From: an uncultured Sangeribacter sp.
Lineage (GTDB): Bacteria; Bacteroidota; Bacteroidia; Bacteroidales; Muribaculaceae
NCBI GenBank assembly: GCA_964425935.1
Contig: CAYROR010000007.1
Location: 1,629 to 65,628 of the forward strand
Reading direction: 5' to 3'
Length of the DNA: 64,000 bases
The translations under genes were made by a program, and so were the position numbers. Shown piece by piece: positions 1-9,661 of the stretch (positions within the stretch are counted from its first letter, which is position 1; every line of letters begins with the position of its first letter). The notes under the pieces were generated by a model. It saw only the letters and a program-made list of their open reading frames with translations. It had not been told where the DNA came from and did not search any database.

Positions 1-3
1 TGC

Positions 4-30
4 GGTTGCAATCTGATTGCAGCCATTTTT
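4..30 (+). terminator. Intrinsic terminator-like hairpin upstream of the surface lipoprotein gene
   Basis: GGTTGCAATC-T-GATTGCAGCC stem (one T.G pair) followed by ATTTTTT. Confidence 0.55.
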
Positions 31-103
31 TATGCCGTTACAGTCAGACTTGCGTTGCTTTTTGAGATTAATTAACACAATTTTTAAACTAAAACTATAG
101 CTC

Positions 104-3100
104 ATGATTAAAAAATGGAGTTATGTCGTTGCCACGGTGGCTGCCGTATTTGGCGGATCCATCCTCACTGGCTGTATCGACAACGATGAACCATTCGGAA
201 TCACACAGATCCGGGTGGAGACTGCTAACCTTCTGAAAGCTAAGCAGGCTTTGGTTGCAGCTGATGCCGCCGCTAAACAGGCTCAGGCTGAACTCGACAA
301 GGCTAACGCCGAAATCGCAAAAATCAATGCTGAGATCGCTAAGGCTCAGGCTGAATCAGCGATCAAAATTGCTGAACTTGAGGCTGAAGCTCGGGCTGCA
401 TTGACTCAGGCTCAGGCTGAAGAGGCTCAGGCTCGGGCGGATTATCAGAAAGCTCAGACAGAAGCCTATATCGCCGAGCAGAAAGCTAAACTCGACAACC
501 TGATCGCTGACAATGAGCTCAAGATCAAGAACTCTCAGCTTCAGTATGACCAGCTTCTCTATCAGTGGGAACTCACAAAGCTTAACTTGAGCAATACAGC
601 AAGTTCCACGTTGTATCAGGCTGTTGAATCGGCTTACACCACCTATATTGAAGAGCTTGCAGCCTACAATGCCAAAGCGGAAGAGCTCACTAAACAGCAA
701 CGTCTTTCGGCACAATGGCTTAACGATCTTATGTATGACGAGTCGGCTCAGGCTTGGACACATCCTAAAGACAAATTCAAGAAAACTCTTGAGACTGAGA
801 TTGAAAATCAGGAGAAGACAATCGCTGATGCGCAGGATGCTATAAAGACCTATGAGGATAAGATCGCTGAGGTTGAGGATTTCCAGACGAACAGCGATGT
901 CTATACAATGTGGTCGGAGTACACTCAGAAAATAAAAGATAACCAGGCTAAGATGGCAGAGCTGGAAATAGAATATAAGAATATTCAGCTCGCTAATCAG
1001 CCTCTCTATAATGAGGTGGGTAATCTGTGGGAGAAATATCAGGCAGTCGGAAACGAGGAGATCGCTATTCCTGCATATACTTTTGTTCCTACAGCTGAAG
1101 TTGCTGCTCTCGGTATGAATGAAATGGTTATTGTTCCGGAAGATCAAAGCTATACACTTAATAGTGTTATGAATGGTTCATCTCTGTATTACTTCTATAT
1201 GAGTAGATATCAAACTTATATAGGTAATTTCAAAAAATATCTACTTGATGAAAATGACGTTTTGTGGACAACTGCTCGTGTTAATGAGATGACCCGTCAG
1301 AAGGATGAGGCTCAAAAAGTCTTTGATGTCGCAAATGCTGGGTGGGAGAATGCAAAGGCTGTTTATAATATGGGTAATGAAGTGAAAGCTTCAGAACTTC
1401 CTCTTGAAGCTGAGGTGGAAACTGCAGTAAATGCTTTTAATACTAAGGCAGAGACTCTTTCTACTGCTAAAGAGAATATTGCTCAATTGCGAGATGCATT
1501 TAACGAGGCTTCAGAGGTTTTAGATGAAGCTCTTAACAACGGCTCGCCCTTAAATCAGGAGTATAAGGATGCTATTGAAGCTTGTGATAAAGCGAAAGAG
1601 GAAGCTCAAGCTGCTTATAATGAGGCTGCCAATAAGGCTATGGCCACCCGTGATCAGGCAATTGCCGATGCGCAGAAAGCAGTGGATAATGCTTGGGCAG
1701 CATATGATCGTGCTGTAAAAGAATGTGGTGCTATTCAGGGAGAGATAGATCATGATCCTGAAAATGCAACTCTTAAGGAAAATCTTAAAAATGCGGAAAC
1801 AACAAGAGATAGCGCTGACGAGGCATACCAAAAAGCTGTTCAAGATTTTCCTGCAAAAGAGGGAAAAGCTAATTCAGATTGTGATAAGGCTGTTGCGGCT
1901 GCAAACACTCAGATGGTTAAAGCAATAAACAAAGCGGAGGAAGATCTTGAAACGGCAGAGACCAAATGGGTTGCTGCAGGTGGCAATAATGCGGATCTTA
2001 AGCCATTGCAGGAAAATAAAGATAAAGCCGAGAGTGCTTTGAACGAGGCTATTGCAGCATTGGATCCAGTTGGAGATGAAATGAAAGATCTTATTCCTGT
2101 AATTCAGGAGGCTATAGCTAACCAGCTTTCTGAGATTAAATTGCCATATTGGGCTTATTCTTCTATTCCTCAGGACTATCAAGTTGATAGCTATATTTCG
2201 TCAATAATATATAATTGGGATATGACGTTACCAGTTGCGGAGGCTCCGATTACGTATGTTGACAATGAAGGAGTCTATGTTAATGCTAAAGATTATCTGA
2301 TTAAAAAGTCACATAGTGCTTATGGTAACCTTGGATTCCCATACAATTCTCCAGATTATAATGGTAGTAATAATCACTTTGAATTCGATGAGGCTTTCCT
2401 TGTTGACGAGGTTACCACAGAAATGCTGAATGCATATGTTAAAAGCTATTGCAAATTCAATTATAATTTTGAGCCAGAGGATTACCAGTGCTATCAATAT
2501 TATAAATTGCTTTTCGGAGATTTCGGTCAAGTTAAATATCTTGAAAATCGAATCGTAATTGCTAAAGCTTATATTGCTAACTCTGACTTGATGAAGACTG
2601 TAACAGGTACTCTTGAGGAGAATTTGCAGTCATTGCTTGACAGCTTTGATAAGGCAAAAGAGGAAGAGAAGGAAGCATACGAGGCATACGATGCTAAAAG
2701 AGAGGAATATGCTCAACTTTACGCTGATATCGCTAGTCAGGCTAATGATCTGAGAGGTGAGAACATCTTGATGAATAATGTAGTAATTGCCATTAACAAT
2801 AACTTTAGCCTCCTCAATGATCTTGGCGCTGTAAGTCCTGAGGCTATTAAGGGTGCCGTAGATTATTTCAATGTGCTCATTAGCAATGAGAATAAGACTA
2901 TCGCAACTGCTGAGAATGCTCTGAAAGAGGCTCAGAATAATCTCACGCTGCTTGAAAATGGCAACGCTGAATATGATTATAATCCCTACGCCTCTCAGAT
3001 TGAACTCCTTACAGCTCAGCTCGCAGCCTCCAAAGATAAGCTTGATCTCATCAAGGAGCGTCTTGAGGAACTTCAAGCTAAATATGAATCTGCTGCATCT

Positions 3101-3109
3101 AAGCAGTAA
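104..3109 (+). CDS. Large coiled-coil surface lipoprotein (BT1927-like S-layer candidate)
   Basis: 1001 aa; signal peptide II with lipobox ILTG-C followed by acidic IDNDE; long Ala/Glu/Lys heptad-rich helices; directly followed by a beta-barrel gene. Confidence 0.7.
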   Translation: MIKKWSYVVATVAAVFGGSILTGCIDNDEPFGITQIRVETANLLKAKQALVAADAAAKQAQAELDKANAEIAKINAEIAKAQAESAIKIAELEAEARAALTQAQAEEAQARADYQKAQTEAYIAEQKAKLDNLIADNELKIKNSQLQYDQLLYQWELTKLNLSNTASSTLYQAVESAYTTYIEELAAYNAKAEELTKQQRLSAQWLNDLMYDESAQAWTHPKDKFKKTLETEIENQEKTIADAQDAIKTYEDKIAEVEDFQTNSDVYTMWSEYTQKIKDNQAKMAELEIEYKNIQLANQPLYNEVGNLWEKYQAVGNEEIAIPAYTFVPTAEVAALGMNEMVIVPEDQSYTLNSVMNGSSLYYFYMSRYQTYIGNFKKYLLDENDVLWTTARVNEMTRQKDEAQKVFDVANAGWENAKAVYNMGNEVKASELPLEAEVETAVNAFNTKAETLSTAKENIAQLRDAFNEASEVLDEALNNGSPLNQEYKDAIEACDKAKEEAQAAYNEAANKAMATRDQAIADAQKAVDNAWAAYDRAVKECGAIQGEIDHDPENATLKENLKNAETTRDSADEAYQKAVQDFPAKEGKANSDCDKAVAAANTQMVKAINKAEEDLETAETKWVAAGGNNADLKPLQENKDKAESALNEAIAALDPVGDEMKDLIPVIQEAIANQLSEIKLPYWAYSSIPQDYQVDSYISSIIYNWDMTLPVAEAPITYVDNEGVYVNAKDYLIKKSHSAYGNLGFPYNSPDYNGSNNHFEFDEAFLVDEVTTEMLNAYVKSYCKFNYNFEPEDYQCYQYYKLLFGDFGQVKYLENRIVIAKAYIANSDLMKTVTGTLEENLQSLLDSFDKAKEEEKEAYEAYDAKREEYAQLYADIASQANDLRGENILMNNVVIAINNNFSLLNDLGAVSPEAIKGAVDYFNVLISNENKTIATAENALKEAQNNLTLLENGNAEYDYNPYASQIELLTAQLAASKDKLDLIKERLEELQAKYESAASKQ

Positions 3110-3216
3110 AAATCTTTGTCACGGTATGAATTTTTCGGTGACGGTCAACAATTATGAATAGGTAATTTGTTAATCGACACCGGAAGATCCCGGACATAAT
3201 TTCTAAACCAAACAAA

Positions 3217-4167
3217 ATGACAAAGAAACTTTGCACATTCTTGCTGTCGGTGGTTTTCGCCGGTGCTGCTTTCGCGCAGGATCATGAAAATTGCTCTATG
3301 ACGAAGGATTGCGCATCGTTCGCACCCAAAAAAGGGCAGTGGGAGTTCTCCATGATGCTCGGGAAAAGCAAGACGTTCTATAATGAGAACACAACCTTCC
3401 TTCTCCCTTACATCGGACTCAGAAATTCCTCGATAGGACTTCCCAACGGCGGAGTCCCCGGCCAGAATAGCGTCGGTTCGGGTTTTCTTAACAGCTACCT
3501 GAATATCAATGGGTTTAACGATAATTCTTTGGTCAATATTTTGGGAGTACAGGGGAAGTTCTTCTGGCAGGATTGCTGGAGCGTAAGTCTCTCAGGAGGC
3601 ATGAGCATCGGCGTCACTCCATCAAAGAACTATATAGAGCCCACTATTCTGGATCAGAATAGCAACGGCACTATTCTCAACGAGCTTCCAGCATCGAAAT
3701 ATGTCAATGCTACCGCTACCAACAACTGGTTTATCAACGTGGGAACAGAGAGATATTTCAAGACCGGGAATAAGCGCATCTTCCCATACGTGGGAGTCAA
3801 TTTCGGCTTCCAGATGGCACGGATTGAAACTAACGAGCCATATACCGGAAATATGATCAACATAGATAATATGACCTCTACTTCAGCCGGCGCGCTGGGT
3901 AGCGATCCTAATGCTACTCTTGTTGATCAGCAGGTCTATATTCCCGCCGGAAAGATCGGACAGATGTTCGCTCTCCGTGGCGCTGCCCTCGCGGGCGTGG
4001 AATATAACCTTATGCCCGGGATGTTTCTCGCTCTGGAGTTCAATCCCCTCTCATACAGATATGACGTGATCCAGATCGCTCCGCAAGGGTTTGGCGTTTA
4101 CAGCCTGAACCATCACAACATCAAGATTTTTGAAATGCCTACCATGAGGATAGGTTTCAGATTCTGA
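3217..4167 (+). CDS. Outer-membrane beta-barrel protein (BT1926-like)
   Basis: Signal peptide AAFA-Q, FAPKKGQWEFS motif, alternating hydrophobic strands, C-terminal RIGFRF. Confidence 0.75.
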   Translation: MTKKLCTFLLSVVFAGAAFAQDHENCSMTKDCASFAPKKGQWEFSMMLGKSKTFYNENTTFLLPYIGLRNSSIGLPNGGVPGQNSVGSGFLNSYLNINGFNDNSLVNILGVQGKFFWQDCWSVSLSGGMSIGVTPSKNYIEPTILDQNSNGTILNELPASKYVNATATNNWFINVGTERYFKTGNKRIFPYVGVNFGFQMARIETNEPYTGNMINIDNMTSTSAGALGSDPNATLVDQQVYIPAGKIGQMFALRGAALAGVEYNLMPGMFLALEFNPLSYRYDVIQIAPQGFGVYSLNHHNIKIFEMPTMRIGFRF

Positions 4168-4233
4168 GTGTAGACCGGAGTAATCTTCAACTTTGAAAGG
4201 GCGGTGAGATGATCGCCGCCCTTCTTAATTATT

Positions 4234-4818
4234 ATGAAAAGAGTATCCTTATTTTTATCCGCTTTGATCTTTCTTGTGATAGCCGTAGCTTGTGGTGGTG
4301 CTCCTAAGAAGTCAAGATGCGACGTGAAGGTGTTTTCTCCCGAAAAGAGGTATTCGGAGGCTGTGCTTCTCGACACGAAAGGGGTTGTTATTGACTCTAC
4401 GTTGAGAGTGTGTAACGATTCGATAATTTTCTTCCGTACAGACACTGCTTCCATGCCTTACGTAGCAACGCTTAAGCTGCGAAATCCAAACGACTCGCTC
4501 GATGATCTCTCAATGCCTATTGTGATTGAAGGGGGGACTGTCAGTTTGGAATTGGCTGATGTGATTTCTCTTTCTGGGACTTCTGATAATGATGCTTTGT
4601 TTAAGTTTTTGAAAGCGAAAAATTCTTATATGGCAAAATTATATAAGGATAATGACGATCATGATTTGGAAAAACTTAAAAAAGATAATTCAAAGTTTTT
4701 CGCCGATCAGATTCTCCTTAACCAGGGGACGATTGTCGGAGAATATATTATGCAAACCTATCAGCAGTTGCTTTCGAGAGAGGATTATTTGAGAATCAAG
4801 GAGCGGATGAAGAAGTAA
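4234..4818 (+). CDS. Lipoprotein, DUF4369-like
   Basis: Lipobox IAVA-C; PIVIEGG...SGTSDND segment resembles the N-terminal domain of Bacteroidetes thioredoxin-like lipoproteins. Confidence 0.55.
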   Translation: MKRVSLFLSALIFLVIAVACGGAPKKSRCDVKVFSPEKRYSEAVLLDTKGVVIDSTLRVCNDSIIFFRTDTASMPYVATLKLRNPNDSLDDLSMPIVIEGGTVSLELADVISLSGTSDNDALFKFLKAKNSYMAKLYKDNDDHDLEKLKKDNSKFFADQILLNQGTIVGEYIMQTYQQLLSREDYLRIKERMKK

Positions 4819-4836
4819 TTATTAATAATATCAGAT

Positions 4837-5892
4837 ATGAAATTACGATATCTTTTGGGCGCTCTCGTAATGGCTGTTATGCCCGCTTTCGCCCAGTCGT
4901 CCGACGGAGAGGACATTGACAACGCCTGGTTTATCCAGGGTGGTCTCGGTGCTTCCTATTCCGTGAGCGGTGGAGGAGGTTTCGGCAAGATGCTTTCCCC
5001 TGCCGGACAGGTGGCTTTCGGTAAGCATTTCAATCCTTATATCGGAGCGAGAATCACCGCCGGCGGCTGGAGAGGCCGCTACAGAATCCCGCAGTCTACT
5101 TGCACCGGATTCTATGACTATCATTTCACGGCTGATGGTCTCTGGAACATCTTCAAGACTTTCAACCATGAATATGACAAACCGGTTTCCCTGCGTCTGA
5201 TTGCAGGTCTCGGTTTTGACCGCGCTTTCGCACGTCCGAGCAGCTCGTTGCTCGTTAGGCTCGGCCTTTCAATGGACGTTCGTCTTTGCAGTGCTATTGA
5301 TTTCAATCTTGAATATCAGGCCAATGGTGTTTCCGACAGATGGAATTCAAAGGATGACCATGGTTTCGATTCTTTCATGAATCTCCTTGTGGGTGCCACC
5401 TACAAGTTTGGAACTGGCTACAAGTGTAAGACTTGCGTGGCTCAGACCAATCTCAACGAGCTCAACAACCGCACAAATTCCATGCGTGAGATTGTGGAGG
5501 TTGAGAAGATTGTACGCGACACCGTGGAGGTTGTGAAGGAGGTGCCGATGCCGGCTCCCGAGAGCATTACAAGAACTGTTTTCTATGCGATCAATCAGGT
5601 GCAGGTGCCCCCTGCGCAGGAACAGAGTGTAGCAGCTATCGCCGAATATCTCAAGAGTAATCCTGAGGCTAAGGCAACAGTTGTGGGGTATGCCGACAAA
5701 GGCACCGGCACTCAGTCAATCAACCTGAAACTCGCAAAGGAGCGTGCCGAGAATGTCGCCGCTCTTCTTGTGAATCTGGGAGTTAGCCGGTCGAAACTTG
5801 AAGTAAGCTCCATGCAGAATGAATATACGGAACAGCCGTTTAGTCAAAACGACTTGAATCGTGTTGTCATAATGACTGGATATGCTAAGTGA
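4837..5892 (+). CDS. OmpA family protein
   Basis: Signal peptide, N-terminal barrel, C-terminal OmpA peptidoglycan-binding motif VVGYADKGTG...NLKLAKERAENV...NRVV. Confidence 0.9.
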   Translation: MKLRYLLGALVMAVMPAFAQSSDGEDIDNAWFIQGGLGASYSVSGGGGFGKMLSPAGQVAFGKHFNPYIGARITAGGWRGRYRIPQSTCTGFYDYHFTADGLWNIFKTFNHEYDKPVSLRLIAGLGFDRAFARPSSSLLVRLGLSMDVRLCSAIDFNLEYQANGVSDRWNSKDDHGFDSFMNLLVGATYKFGTGYKCKTCVAQTNLNELNNRTNSMREIVEVEKIVRDTVEVVKEVPMPAPESITRTVFYAINQVQVPPAQEQSVAAIAEYLKSNPEAKATVVGYADKGTGTQSINLKLAKERAENVAALLVNLGVSRSKLEVSSMQNEYTEQPFSQNDLNRVVIMTGYAK

Positions 5893-5999
5893 TAGAAATG
5901 TTGTTAACTTGATCCATTGACTTTTCAGTATTCATAGTGATTGGAAATTCGTAGGATAGAAGTAAGTTAGGTTTCAAGTTTTAAGACTTGCATGTGTGG

Positions 6000-6039
6000 T
6001 TCGGGCGTCCTCGTGTGAAGACGCTCGAATCTTTTCTTT
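6000..6039 (+). terminator. Probable intrinsic terminator of the surface-protein operon
   Basis: TTCGGGCGTC/GACGCTCGAA stem followed by TCTTTTCTTT. Confidence 0.55.
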
Positions 6040-6061
6040 ATAGCTGCTTATGTTCATCACC

Positions 6062-6161
6062 GCCCCGGATGAATAGTCTCTCCTGCAATCGGAATACACA
6101 TAGCCTTCAGAGCCCCGGATGGATAGTATCTCCTACAATCGGAATACACATACCCTTCAGA
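6062..6161. repeat. 50-bp tandem duplication at the left edge of the REP-like array
   Basis: GCCCCGGATGAATAGTCTCTCCTGCAATCGGAATACACATAGCCTTCAGA (6062-6111) repeated with a few substitutions at 6112-6161. Confidence 0.9.
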
Positions 6162-6247
6162 GCCCCGGAGGGGGCGTTAAGAATATTAACCGCGGGTGAA
6201 ACCCGCGGTCTGCTCCCCCTCACCCCTCCGATCCCGGAGGGATCGAA
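6161..6247 (+). repeat. REP-like triple-hairpin unit A (copy 1 of 7)
   Basis: GCCCC-GGAG-GGGGC / ACCGCGGGT-GAA-ACCCGCGGT / CGATCCC-GGA-GGGATCG; other copies start at 7329, 7640, 8877, 9188, 9500 and 10803. Confidence 0.9.
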
Positions 6248-6274
6248 CATCACCCTGAGAACTAACCATAAAAA

Positions 6275-6320
6275 CCTCCCGCCATTAGCACTATAATATT
6301 AGAAAATTGCTAATTTTGCA
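6275..6320 (+). promoter_or_regulatory. Repeated promoter cassette with Bacteroidetes -7 element
   Basis: CCTCCCGCCATTAGCACTATAATATTAGAAAATTGCTAATTTTGCA; TAATTTTG at 6311-6318, with identical copies at 7793-7800, 9650-9657 and 10953-10960. Confidence 0.75.
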
Positions 6321-6338
6321 TTCCAAACATAATCTCAA

Positions 6339-7271
6339 ATGGAAGAAAACAACCTTACCAACACCTCTCCCTTATCGGAAGCTTCTGATTCCAGTCTAAT
6401 GCCGATTGAGAATCTAATCTATGTAATTCGTGGACAGCAGGTAATGCTTGATAGCGATTTAGCTCGATTATATGAAGTAGAAACTAAACGATTAAAGGAG
6501 CAGGTGAAACGTAATATTAATCGTTTCCCTACTGACTTTATGTTTGAACTAACTAAAGATGAGACTTTAAGTTTGAGGTCGCAATTTGCGACCTCAAACC
6601 AAGATGGAGGAAGAGGCGGTAATCGGTATATGCCATTTGTCTTTACTGAAAATGGAGTTGCTATGTTGAGCAGCGTATTGAAATCGGAAACTGCGATTGA
6701 GGTTAATATACGCATTATGAGAGCATTTACTGCTATGCGTAGCTTTTTAATTAATAATGCGCGAATTTTCCAACGATTAGAAACGGTAGAACATCATCAA
6801 CTTCTATTACAAAAACATCTGAGCGATACCGACAGGAAAATAGAGGAGGTGTTGACCCGTCTTGATGATAAAGAAGCTGAACCGATTGAGGGATTCTTCT
6901 ATGAGGGTCAGATATTCGATGCGTACACATTGATTTCAGACTTAGTCCGCAAAGCAAATCATCGTGTTATCTTGATAGACAATTTTGTGGATGACCGTGT
7001 ATTGAAGACACTTGCCAAAAGGAATGAGGGTGTAACGGCCCATATCTATACCCATCCAAAGAAATCTCAGATTGAACTGGATATAAAAAAGCATAATGCT
7101 CAATATCCTGAAATAAAGCTCAGTCATTGTACCAACGTCCATGACAGATTTCTAATAGTTGATGAAACCGTTTATTTTATCGGAGGCTCTATCAAAGACC
7201 TTGGTAAAAGAATAGTTGCATTTAGCCAGATGCACCAATCTCCCGACGATATTCTATCCAGAATAAGATGA
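6339..7271 (+). CDS. ORF6N-domain DNA-binding protein with C-terminal PLD-like domain (array gene 1)
   Basis: IRGQQVMLDSDLARLYEVETKRLKEQVKRNINRFPTDFMFEL (ORF6N); coiled coil; HDRFLIVD...IGGSIKDLG (HxK-x4-D-like PLD motif). Confidence 0.88.
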   Translation: MEENNLTNTSPLSEASDSSLMPIENLIYVIRGQQVMLDSDLARLYEVETKRLKEQVKRNINRFPTDFMFELTKDETLSLRSQFATSNQDGGRGGNRYMPFVFTENGVAMLSSVLKSETAIEVNIRIMRAFTAMRSFLINNARIFQRLETVEHHQLLLQKHLSDTDRKIEEVLTRLDDKEAEPIEGFFYEGQIFDAYTLISDLVRKANHRVILIDNFVDDRVLKTLAKRNEGVTAHIYTHPKKSQIELDIKKHNAQYPEIKLSHCTNVHDRFLIVDETVYFIGGSIKDLGKRIVAFSQMHQSPDDILSRIR

Positions 7272-7328
7272 ACTGCTGCCAGCGCGTCGGTAGCGGCTCC
7301 TTACCCCCGGAATACACATAGCCTTCAG

Positions 7329-7729
7329 AGCCCCGGATGGGGCGTTAAGAATATTAACCGCGTGTGAAACCCGCGGTCAGCTCCCCCTCACCCCTCCGAC
7401 CCCGGAGGGATCGAAGATAGAAGGTCGTTAAGTGCCACCCTTCTAGGGTGGTAAGGTGGTTGTGACGGGCACCCCGGGTTTCACCCGGGGATAATGTTCT
7501 TCTCCCCCTTCCAGGGGGAGCTTTTGCGATTTAACAAGCTGAATGATAGCGGATACGCAGATCGGAAGGAGCCGTAGGATATTATCTCCCTTTCAGAGTA
7601 AGGCCCCACTCTCTAACCCCGTTGATATAGCGTATATGTAGCCCCGGAGGGGGCGATAAGAATATTAACCGCGGGTGAAACCCGCGGTGTGCTCCCCCTC
7701 ACCCCGCACACGATCCCGGAGGGATCGAA
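7329..7729. repeat. Composite REP-like spacer: A(+) / B(-) / linker / A(+), 311-bp period
   Basis: A 7329-7415, inverted homologue B 7435-7520, A 7640-7729. Confidence 0.9.
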
Positions 7730-7820
7730 GATCACCATGCGAACTGACCCTAAAATCCTCCCGCCATTAGCACTATAATATTAGAAAATTGCTAATTTTG
7801 CATTCCAAACATAATCTCAA

Positions 7821-8813
7821 ATGGAAGAAAACAACCTTACCAACACCTCTCCCTTATCGGAAGCTTCTGATTCCAGTCTAATGCCTATTGAAAACCTCAT
7901 TCATGTTATTCGGGGACAGCAGGTAATGCTTGACAGCGATTTAGCGCAGTTATATGGTGTTGAGACTCGTAGATTAAATGAACAGGTAAAACGTAATATT
8001 GATCGTTTCCCTGAGGATTTTATGTTCAGGCTCACTAAAGATGAAGCTGAAAATTTGATGTTGCAAAATGCGACATCAAATTCAAGGTCGCAAAATGCGA
8101 TCTTGAATGAAGGCTCAAGAAATCTGAAATCACAAAATGTGATCTTGAAACAAGGGCATAATATCAAATACCTTCCCCATGCTTTTACAGAAAATGGTGT
8201 AGCCATGCTCAGCAGTGTTCTTCGATCTAAAACAGCAATAGAGGTTAACATTCGGATAATGCGAGCCTTCACTGCGATGCGTAGTTTTATGATGAATAAC
8301 GCGCTTATGTTCCAGAGACTTGAAACCATTGAACATAATTACTTACTTGTTAATCGTCATCTTTCGGAACACGACAGAAAATTTGAAGAAATCTTAACCC
8401 GTCTTGATGATAAAGAAGCTGAACCGATTGAGGGATTCTTCTATGAAGGACAGATATTCGATGCGTACACGTTGATTTCAGACTTAGTCCGTAAGGCAAA
8501 TCATCGTGTTATCTTGATAGACAATTTTGTGGATGACCGTGTATTGAAGACACTTGCCAAAAGGAATGAGAATGTAACGGCCCATATCTATACCCATCCA
8601 AAGAAATCTCAGATAGAACTTGATATAAAGAAACACAACGCCCAATATCCTGAAATAAAGCTCAGTCATTGTACCAACGTCCATGACAGGTTTCTTATCA
8701 TTGATAACACCGTTTATTTTATCGGAGGCTCTATCAAAGACCTTGGTAAAAGAATAGTTGCATTTAGCCAGATGCACCAATCTCCCGACGATATTCTCTC
8801 CAGAATAAGATGA
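7821..8813 (+). CDS. ORF6N-domain DNA-binding protein with C-terminal PLD-like domain (array gene 2)
   Basis: Paralogue of 6339-7271; identical first 65 nt, near-identical 3' part, diverged ORF6N core with 20 extra residues. Confidence 0.88.
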   Translation: MEENNLTNTSPLSEASDSSLMPIENLIHVIRGQQVMLDSDLAQLYGVETRRLNEQVKRNIDRFPEDFMFRLTKDEAENLMLQNATSNSRSQNAILNEGSRNLKSQNVILKQGHNIKYLPHAFTENGVAMLSSVLRSKTAIEVNIRIMRAFTAMRSFMMNNALMFQRLETIEHNYLLVNRHLSEHDRKFEEILTRLDDKEAEPIEGFFYEGQIFDAYTLISDLVRKANHRVILIDNFVDDRVLKTLAKRNENVTAHIYTHPKKSQIELDIKKHNAQYPEIKLSHCTNVHDRFLIIDNTVYFIGGSIKDLGKRIVAFSQMHQSPDDILSRIR

Positions 8814-8876
8814 ACTGTCACCACCGAAAGTGCGTCGTCAGCGGCTCCTTACCCCCGGAATACACATAGCCTTCAG

Positions 8877-9586
8877 AGCCCCGGATGGGGCGATAAGAAT
8901 ATTAACCGCGTGTGAAACCCGCGGTCAGCTCCCCCTCACCCCTCCGATCCCGGAGGGATCGAAGATAGAAGGTCGTTAAGTGCCACCCTTCTAGGGTGGT
9001 AAGGTGGTTGTGACGGGCACCCCGGGTTTCACCCGGGGATAATGTTCTTCTCCCCCTTCCAGGGGGAGCTTTTGCGATTTAACAAGCTGAATGATAGCGG
9101 ATACGCAGATCGGAAGGAGCCGTAGGATATTATCTCCCTTTCAGAGTAAGGCCCCACTCTCTAACCCCGTTGATATAGCGTATATGTAGCCCCGGATGGG
9201 GCGATAAGAATATTAACCGCGGGTGAAACCCGCGGTCAGCTCCCCCTCACCCCTCCGATCCCGGAGGGATCGAAGATAGACCATCGTTAAGTGTCACCCT
9301 TCCAGGGTGGTAGGGTGGTTGTGACGGGTACCCCGGGTTTCACCCGGGGATACTGTTCTTATCCCCCTTCCAGGGGGAATTTTTCGAATTTAACAAGCTG
9401 AATGATAGCGGATAGTAAGCTCCGGAGGGGGCCGCAGGATATTATCTCCCTTTCAGAGGAGGGCTCCACTCTCTAACCCCGTTGATATAGCGTATATGTA
9501 GCCCCGGAGGGGGCGTTAAGAATATTAACCGCGGGTGAAACCCGCGGTCTGCTCCCCCTCACCCCTCCGATCCCGGAGGGATCGAA
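8877..9586. repeat. Composite REP-like spacer: two tandem ~311-bp units plus a terminal A
   Basis: A at 8877, 9188 and 9500 (periods 311 and 312); B at 8983-9068 and 9294-9378. Confidence 0.9.
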
Positions 9587-9661
9587 CATCACCCTGAGAA
9601 CTAACCATAAAAACCTCCCGCCATTAGCACTATAATATTAGAAAATTGCTAATTTTGCAGA

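Noticed and set aside
5988-6296. 102-aa ORF
   Set aside because: It spans a terminator and REP-like repeats, starts at TTG and has no recognisable protein features.
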